Shown here in pieces: positions 59,057 to 64,000 of a stretch of DNA of 64,000 bases (within the stretch, counting starts at the first letter, position 1; each line of letters starts with the position of its first letter). Made by a program: the position numbers and the translations under genes. This DNA comes from an uncultured Candidatus Poseidoniales archaeon. GTDB taxonomy: Archaea; Thermoplasmatota; Poseidoniia; Poseidoniales; Thalassarchaeaceae. Under the pieces are notes generated by a model. It made no database searches, was not told where the DNA came from, and saw only the letters and a program-made list of their open reading frames with translations. Where the stretch lies: contig CAWVXH010000002.1 in NCBI GenBank assembly GCA_963934165.1, positions 123,746 through 187,745 on the forward strand. The letters are read 5' to 3'.

Positions 59057-59383
59057 ATGATTGACATAGCATCATTTGTTCTATGTGGTTTTCAAGATAT
59101 GATTGTCAGTGCATTTGGAAGTAGCCTTGGTTGGTTGGTTGGACACCTAATCGTCCTCGGTCTAGTGTGCCTTACGTACAAAATTTTCAATAATCGCCAA
59201 CATATTATTTCCCATTCTCCTTGGGATATATCAACTCTCAAGTCCATCGCTATTTTCCTTGTATTAACTGCCGTTCAATACTACATTTTCACAAACACTT
59301 TCGAGTTCCCGACAAACGAATCTGTTGGACTTGCATCCGTATCTACAATCCTAATTCGTTGGCACATTCTCGTGCTTGGATAA
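59057..59383 (+). CDS. Small hypothetical membrane protein
   Basis: Three hydrophobic segments in 108 aa. Confidence 0.65.
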   Translation: MIDIASFVLCGFQDMIVSAFGSSLGWLVGHLIVLGLVCLTYKIFNNRQHIISHSPWDISTLKSIAIFLVLTAVQYYIFTNTFEFPTNESVGLASVSTILIRWHILVLG

Positions 59384-59395
59384 GGCGCTTAGACA

Positions 59396-60352
59396 TCACT
59401 GTTCATATTCATAATCACGGTTTTTTCGGCGGGAAACAACCAATCCAATGATGATGAATACGACCAATCCTATACCGCCACCAATAATAGGCAATTGTTC
59501 TTTGTTCAGTCCTAATTGATCAATAATGGAATTGTTACCACCAAGTTCAATTCCCAGTCCGGTGGATTTTGGTTTCACAGTTAGTTGTAATTTAGTGTTT
59601 TGATTACAAGAATCTGTGGTACGGACGGTGTTGTCAAGGATTATCATGCACCCTTTCCATTCTGAAGAAATTTCATCCGGCGTCTCGAGTGTGAATTGAC
59701 AAGAAGCAACCCCATCACCATTGTTTATGGTTAAATCACAAGGTTGCGATTTATCGATAAAACCTGCCGGCCAACGAGGGGAATTCCCACCGTGCTCAAA
59801 AAGCTCAAGATGAGCAATTACCTTCACACCGTCACGGTTTCCATCACATCGGTAGGTTGCAGAGAAGATGACAATTTCTCCCGCTTCAATCGTGCCACCC
59901 CCCTGTCCCATGGTGACTTCGCAATCCAATGTTTCAGCAATTGTAATGGTGAACGAGTCACTTTCAGTTGATGTAATTAAACTGACTGCGATATCATTTG
60001 CTTCAACAACCTTTGCTGAAATATTTGCTTCATAATCTCCAAAAATTAACGCACTAGAACTATCTATTGCAACCATGAATTGCTGTGTGTCTCCTGCGCC
60101 TAAAGTGATTTCTTCGGGATGAGCCAAATTAATATCTGATTCTGATGTCAGTTCGATTTTTTCTACATATTGAGTGGGATTTTCAATTTCACATGTCACG
60201 AACGCGGCGTCAATTCCAATTTCGACAGAATCTTCTAAACATTCTAAAGTGATATTAGGAATTATTGCCGGTTGAGCCGAGGTTTGTAAAAAAATCGGGC
60301 TGAAACCAACCATGAAAAGACATATTGCTACCGTCAATACACGCCCCTTCAT
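59396..60352 (-). CDS. Secreted, C-terminally anchored beta-rich protein (possibly choice-of-anchor T family)
   Basis: Signal peptide, Cys pairs, C..ENPT..EKI pattern, TM helix plus RRK tail. Family name recalled, not searched. Confidence 0.65.
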   Translation of the reverse strand: MKGRVLTVAICLFMVGFSPIFLQTSAQPAIIPNITLECLEDSVEIGIDAAFVTCEIENPTQYVEKIELTSESDINLAHPEEITLGAGDTQQFMVAIDSSSALIFGDYEANISAKVVEANDIAVSLITSTESDSFTITIAETLDCEVTMGQGGGTIEAGEIVIFSATYRCDGNRDGVKVIAHLELFEHGGNSPRWPAGFIDKSQPCDLTINNGDGVASCQFTLETPDEISSEWKGCMIILDNTVRTTDSCNQNTKLQLTVKPKSTGLGIELGGNNSIIDQLGLNKEQLPIIGGGIGLVVFIIIGLVVSRRKNRDYEYEQ

Positions 60353-60460
60353 GCTTCTCGCTTCGGCGATTGTGGGATAGCATTTATCCTATCGAGTGTG
60401 AAAATATGCGAATTTTCCGACTCAAAGGATTCATGACGGCCCTTTGGCTCGAACGCTTTG

Positions 60461-62032
60461 ATGAGCGAGGATGCAGGTAGGCCACAAGTGGTAATCGTGC
60501 CCGAGCAAACCTCGGTTACGAGCGGCACGGACGTGCAAGATAAATTAATTTCCGCCGCTCGTGTTTTCGCAGATTTGTTGAAGCCAACTTTTGGTCCGCG
60601 TGGTCTTGACAAAATGCTCTATAAAACCGATGGAAATACTGCAGTTACCAACGACGGCGCGAAGATTGTGGCGGAGTTGTTGGTCAAACACCCTGCGGCA
60701 AAAATGATGGTAGCGATGGCGAATTCTCAAGAGGAAAATTGTGGTGATGGTGTGACGACAACAATGTTGCTATGCGGCTCGCTTCTTCAAGAGGCAAACA
60801 CATTACTGCGAAAAGGCCTACATCCTCTTACCCTTGTCAACGGTTACCGTAAATCCTTCCAAATAGCTTGTGAACAAATGGAAAAAGACAAGCAAAACGC
60901 ATCTTCCGAGCGCTTGCTCGGCGTTGCCCAAACCACTCTTACTGGAAAGGCAGCTGAGGGATCACTCGACCATTTTTCCGAATTGATTGTCGAGGCATTA
61001 ACGATTCTTTCTAAATCTCGTAAAACTCCTCATGCTGAACATGTCGCTATGTTCAAATCTAATTCCGCCGGGCCGGGCGAATCTCGTCTTATTAGGGGCG
61101 TTGCTTTTCGCCGGCGAGTTTTGATGGACAATTTACCAAACAAATTGGTCGACGCAAAAGTCGCTGTTATTTCTGGTGATTTAAAAATTCGTAAAATGTC
61201 ACGTGATGCTGAAATTCAAATCAGCTCTGCAGATCAACTCGATGCTTTTGTTGATGCTGAGCACGATAGGAAGAGAGATATTGCAGATATGATAATCGCT
61301 AGTGGGACAAATATTATTCTTTGTGGCGGCGAAATAGACAGGGATATTCTCCATCGATTAGCCGATTCAAAAATTCTTGCAATAGGTGAATTGGACTCAT
61401 CAGAAGTCAACAACTCAGCGGATGCTACTGGAGCAAATTTACTCGAATCAGTAATGGATATTCAATCATCTGACTTGGGGGATTGTGGCTCCTTAGTTTG
61501 GGAACGTCGTGAAGCCAGCGACATGGTTGAGGATATTATTCGTATTGATAATTGTATAAATCCACGAGTTCTAACTATCGAAGTCGGTGGCTCGGGAGAT
61601 TTAGGTACCGATGAAATAATTCGTGGCTTACACGATGGATTGCGAGCCACTTCGGGGGCGCTTGAAGAAGACTCAGTGTTGCCTGGAGCAGGTGCAATTC
61701 ATGCTCGAATCGCTCTGGCGATACGTAATGCGAGTGAAAGTGAACCGGGTCGAGGACGTCTTGCAATGGATGCTTTCTCCCGCGCTCTCGAGACCATTCC
61801 CGCCACCCTCGTAGAAAACTCAGGTGGCGAGCCGCTAGATCGCATACTCGAACTTAGATCGGCAACAAATAGCAATTCGACGTTTCAGGGCATTACTATC
61901 AGCGGCAATGTGGGAGAAGTAATCGGCGTGTGGCATCCTTTTTCGGTAATAGAGGAATCTTTGCAATCTGCAACCGAGACAGCAATTAGTATGTTGAGAA
62001 TCGATCAGGTTATCTCTGCTCGCGGCGATTGA
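60461..62032 (+). CDS. Group II chaperonin (thermosome) subunit, divergent
   Basis: TFGPRGLDKM, TNDGA, HPAAK, GDGVTT, PGAGA and LRIDQVI motifs. Confidence 0.92.
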   Translation: MSEDAGRPQVVIVPEQTSVTSGTDVQDKLISAARVFADLLKPTFGPRGLDKMLYKTDGNTAVTNDGAKIVAELLVKHPAAKMMVAMANSQEENCGDGVTTTMLLCGSLLQEANTLLRKGLHPLTLVNGYRKSFQIACEQMEKDKQNASSERLLGVAQTTLTGKAAEGSLDHFSELIVEALTILSKSRKTPHAEHVAMFKSNSAGPGESRLIRGVAFRRRVLMDNLPNKLVDAKVAVISGDLKIRKMSRDAEIQISSADQLDAFVDAEHDRKRDIADMIIASGTNIILCGGEIDRDILHRLADSKILAIGELDSSEVNNSADATGANLLESVMDIQSSDLGDCGSLVWERREASDMVEDIIRIDNCINPRVLTIEVGGSGDLGTDEIIRGLHDGLRATSGALEEDSVLPGAGAIHARIALAIRNASESEPGRGRLAMDAFSRALETIPATLVENSGGEPLDRILELRSATNSNSTFQGITISGNVGEVIGVWHPFSVIEESLQSATETAISMLRIDQVISARGD

Positions 62033-62079
62033 AACCATTGATAACGAACTCTTCAAACCGCATGCCGCCACGTCGTGTT

Positions 62080-63672
62080 ATGGCAGCACCCCGCGCCTTG
62101 CTCAGCGTCTTCCACAAAGATGGAATTGTCGAACTCGCAAAATCATTATCGAACATGGGCTGGAAAATTCTTTCCACTGGTGGAACAAGTCGAAAATTGC
62201 GTGACTCGGGTATCGAAGTCATCGATGTAAGTGATGCGACAGGTCACCCTGAATGCTTCGACGGTCGAGTAAAAACCCTTCATCCGGCAGTTCATGGAGG
62301 AATTTTGGTGCGCCGAGAGCGAGCAGATGATATGGAAACACTCGCACAATTAGGTTACGGGACCATTGATTTGGTCTGTGTTAACCTCTATCCTTTCGAA
62401 GATGTTGCTGCAAAAGATCCGCCCGCCGAACTTGCTGAATTAATCGAAATGATTGATATTGGTGGGCCTACGATGATACGAAGTGCAGCAAAAAATCACA
62501 AAGACTGTTTGGTATTGACAAATTCTGAACAATACGATAAGATCATGCAAGCCCTTTCTTCGGCAGATGGAAAACCATCAGCTATAGATCTCGACACACG
62601 CCGAACCCTCGCTCTTGCAGCCTACCAATGCACCGCCGCATATGACACGGCAGTGAGCAATGAGCTTGAATCAAGATTTATTGGTGGTGAGGTTCCAAAC
62701 CGAATACATGTTGCGAGTGAGCTCGGAACCGAATTAAGATATGGTGAGAATCCACATCAACCCGCTGCGTTTTATCCCGCATCATCTTCAAGCGGCCCCA
62801 AAGGTTTAGCTTCAGCCGTTCAACACGGCGGCAAGGAATTATCCTTCAATAATTATCTTGATTTGGACGGGGCTTTGCGAATTGCTCGCGGCTTATTGCG
62901 GGACTTGAATCAAGAACGTAACCACGCATGCGTGGTAATCAAACACTCTAATCCGTGTGGTGCTGCAGTCGATTTGACCCAGGTCGGAGCTTGGAATAAT
63001 GCTTTAGCGAGTGACCCAGAATCTGCTTTTGGTTGCGTTATAGCGTTCACAAGTATCGTTGAAAAAGCCACAGCTGAAGCCATTGGTAGTCATTTTCTGG
63101 AGTGCATCATTGCACCCGGTTTCGACGATGAAGCCCTTGAAATCCTCTCGTCGAAAAAGAATAGAAGAATGTTAACAATTCCTAAATTCTTACCACGTGA
63201 AGATGAAGTTAGAATACGTCAAATTGATGGTGGTTGGGTGGCCCAAATTCAAGGCCCACCGAGTATTGATTGGGATTCGGTAAAATGTGTCACTCAAATA
63301 AAAACCGATGCAAATCTTGTTGCTTTAGCCAGTTTTGGTTCAACAGTTCTCTCTGAGGTTAAATCCAATTCTGTCGTTCTCGTCTCCCAGTCAGAAACTG
63401 GTTTTGCGACGGTCGGAATTGGACCTGGTCAAACGAGTCGAGTCGAGGCGGTTAGAATCGCTGCTCGGCGAGCAGGCAAAAGGGCAATCGGCTCGATGAT
63501 GGTTTCAGACGCATTTTTTCCATTCCGCGACGGTATAGATACCGCACACGAAATCGGCGTTACTGCAGTTGTTCAACCAGGAGGTTCGATGAGAGATCAG
63601 GAATGTATTGATGCCGCCGACGAACATAAGATGTCGATGTTGTTTACTGGACAGCGACTTTTCCTTCATTGA
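62080..63672 (+). CDS. purH: Bifunctional AICAR formyltransferase/IMP cyclohydrolase
   Basis: ALLSV, STGGT, GRVKTLHP, IDIGGP, LRYGENPHQ, KHSNPCG, SDAFFPF and QPGGS motifs. Confidence 0.97.
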   Translation: MAAPRALLSVFHKDGIVELAKSLSNMGWKILSTGGTSRKLRDSGIEVIDVSDATGHPECFDGRVKTLHPAVHGGILVRRERADDMETLAQLGYGTIDLVCVNLYPFEDVAAKDPPAELAELIEMIDIGGPTMIRSAAKNHKDCLVLTNSEQYDKIMQALSSADGKPSAIDLDTRRTLALAAYQCTAAYDTAVSNELESRFIGGEVPNRIHVASELGTELRYGENPHQPAAFYPASSSSGPKGLASAVQHGGKELSFNNYLDLDGALRIARGLLRDLNQERNHACVVIKHSNPCGAAVDLTQVGAWNNALASDPESAFGCVIAFTSIVEKATAEAIGSHFLECIIAPGFDDEALEILSSKKNRRMLTIPKFLPREDEVRIRQIDGGWVAQIQGPPSIDWDSVKCVTQIKTDANLVALASFGSTVLSEVKSNSVVLVSQSETGFATVGIGPGQTSRVEAVRIAARRAGKRAIGSMMVSDAFFPFRDGIDTAHEIGVTAVVQPGGSMRDQECIDAADEHKMSMLFTGQRLFLH

Positions 63673-64000
63673 TTTTGTTGTTTATTGACAGTTCGGGAGC
63701 GCCTACCCTTTCTATTTCTTCTCTGATGCTTAGGGGCAGCCTCTTTTTGTGGCCTATTTCCAAAGTGTTTTTTCTTCTTTTTTTCACTTGAATCAGAACT
63801 TGATGCATTGGCTGTTTTCTTCGAATTATATCGCTTGTTCTTTTCCCAAGGCCGTTCTTTCTCGGGGCGATTTCCACCACGCTTCCGTGAGTTTCTGCTA
63901 CCATTTTTTTCAGGCCGTTTTTGATTGGAGTTTTTCCCTTTTCTCTGATTTTTCCATTCAAAGCTATGGGCGCGCGGCGCACTCTTTTTTTGAGAAGAAT
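63666..64000 (-). CDS. K/R/N-rich C-terminal tail of a gene starting beyond the window (possibly a DEAD-box RNA helicase tail)
   Basis: Open frame SSQKKSAPRAHSFEWKNQRKGKNSNQKRPEKNGSRNSRKRGGNRPEKERPWEK...RRNRKGRRSRTVNKQQNQ* ending at TGA 63666. This is a different frame from the listed 112-aa ORF. Confidence 0.55.
   Translation of the reverse strand, partial: SSQKKSAPRAHSFEWKNQRKGKNSNQKRPEKNGSRNSRKRGGNRPEKERPWEKNKRYNSKKTANASSSDSSEKKKKKHFGNRPQKEAAPKHQRRNRKGRRSRTVNKQQNQ

Noticed and set aside
63644-63982. Listed 112-aa ORF
   Set aside because: Another frame is open from the window edge to 63666 and gives a more plausible low-complexity tail with a smaller purH overlap.

Overview
This is an archaeal chromosomal segment, very likely Marine Group II Euryarchaeota (Ca. 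Poseidoniales). The call rests on Dph5, Trm5, GGGP synthase, rpL18Ae, prefoldin, FtsY, a thermosome subunit and a PGF-CTERM protein occurring with bacterial-type UvrA, PurH, RluA and type II homoserine kinase. It holds about 58 genes, one tRNA-Leu(GAG), and no recognisable integrase, transposase or CRISPR array. The most interesting element is a 4.2-kb sulfation cluster between rpl18a and pfdA-ftsY. It carries two sulfotransferases, CysQ, and an APS kinase fused to a ~125-aa HxGH nucleotidyltransferase, a candidate minimal PAPS synthase. Several compositionally distinct cassettes show footprints of insertion at gene 3' ends. These include a ~125-bp duplication around a 3xFAS1-cupredoxin-PGF-CTERM gene, an orphan hemolysin-III 3' remnant beside a high-GC helicase, and a PHB-depolymerase/TSP3 gene behind the tRNA. 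Many genes have a degenerate TATA-like TTCAW motif about 30 nt before the start codon. All calls come from reading motifs by eye; GC comparisons are visual estimates and no database searches were run.
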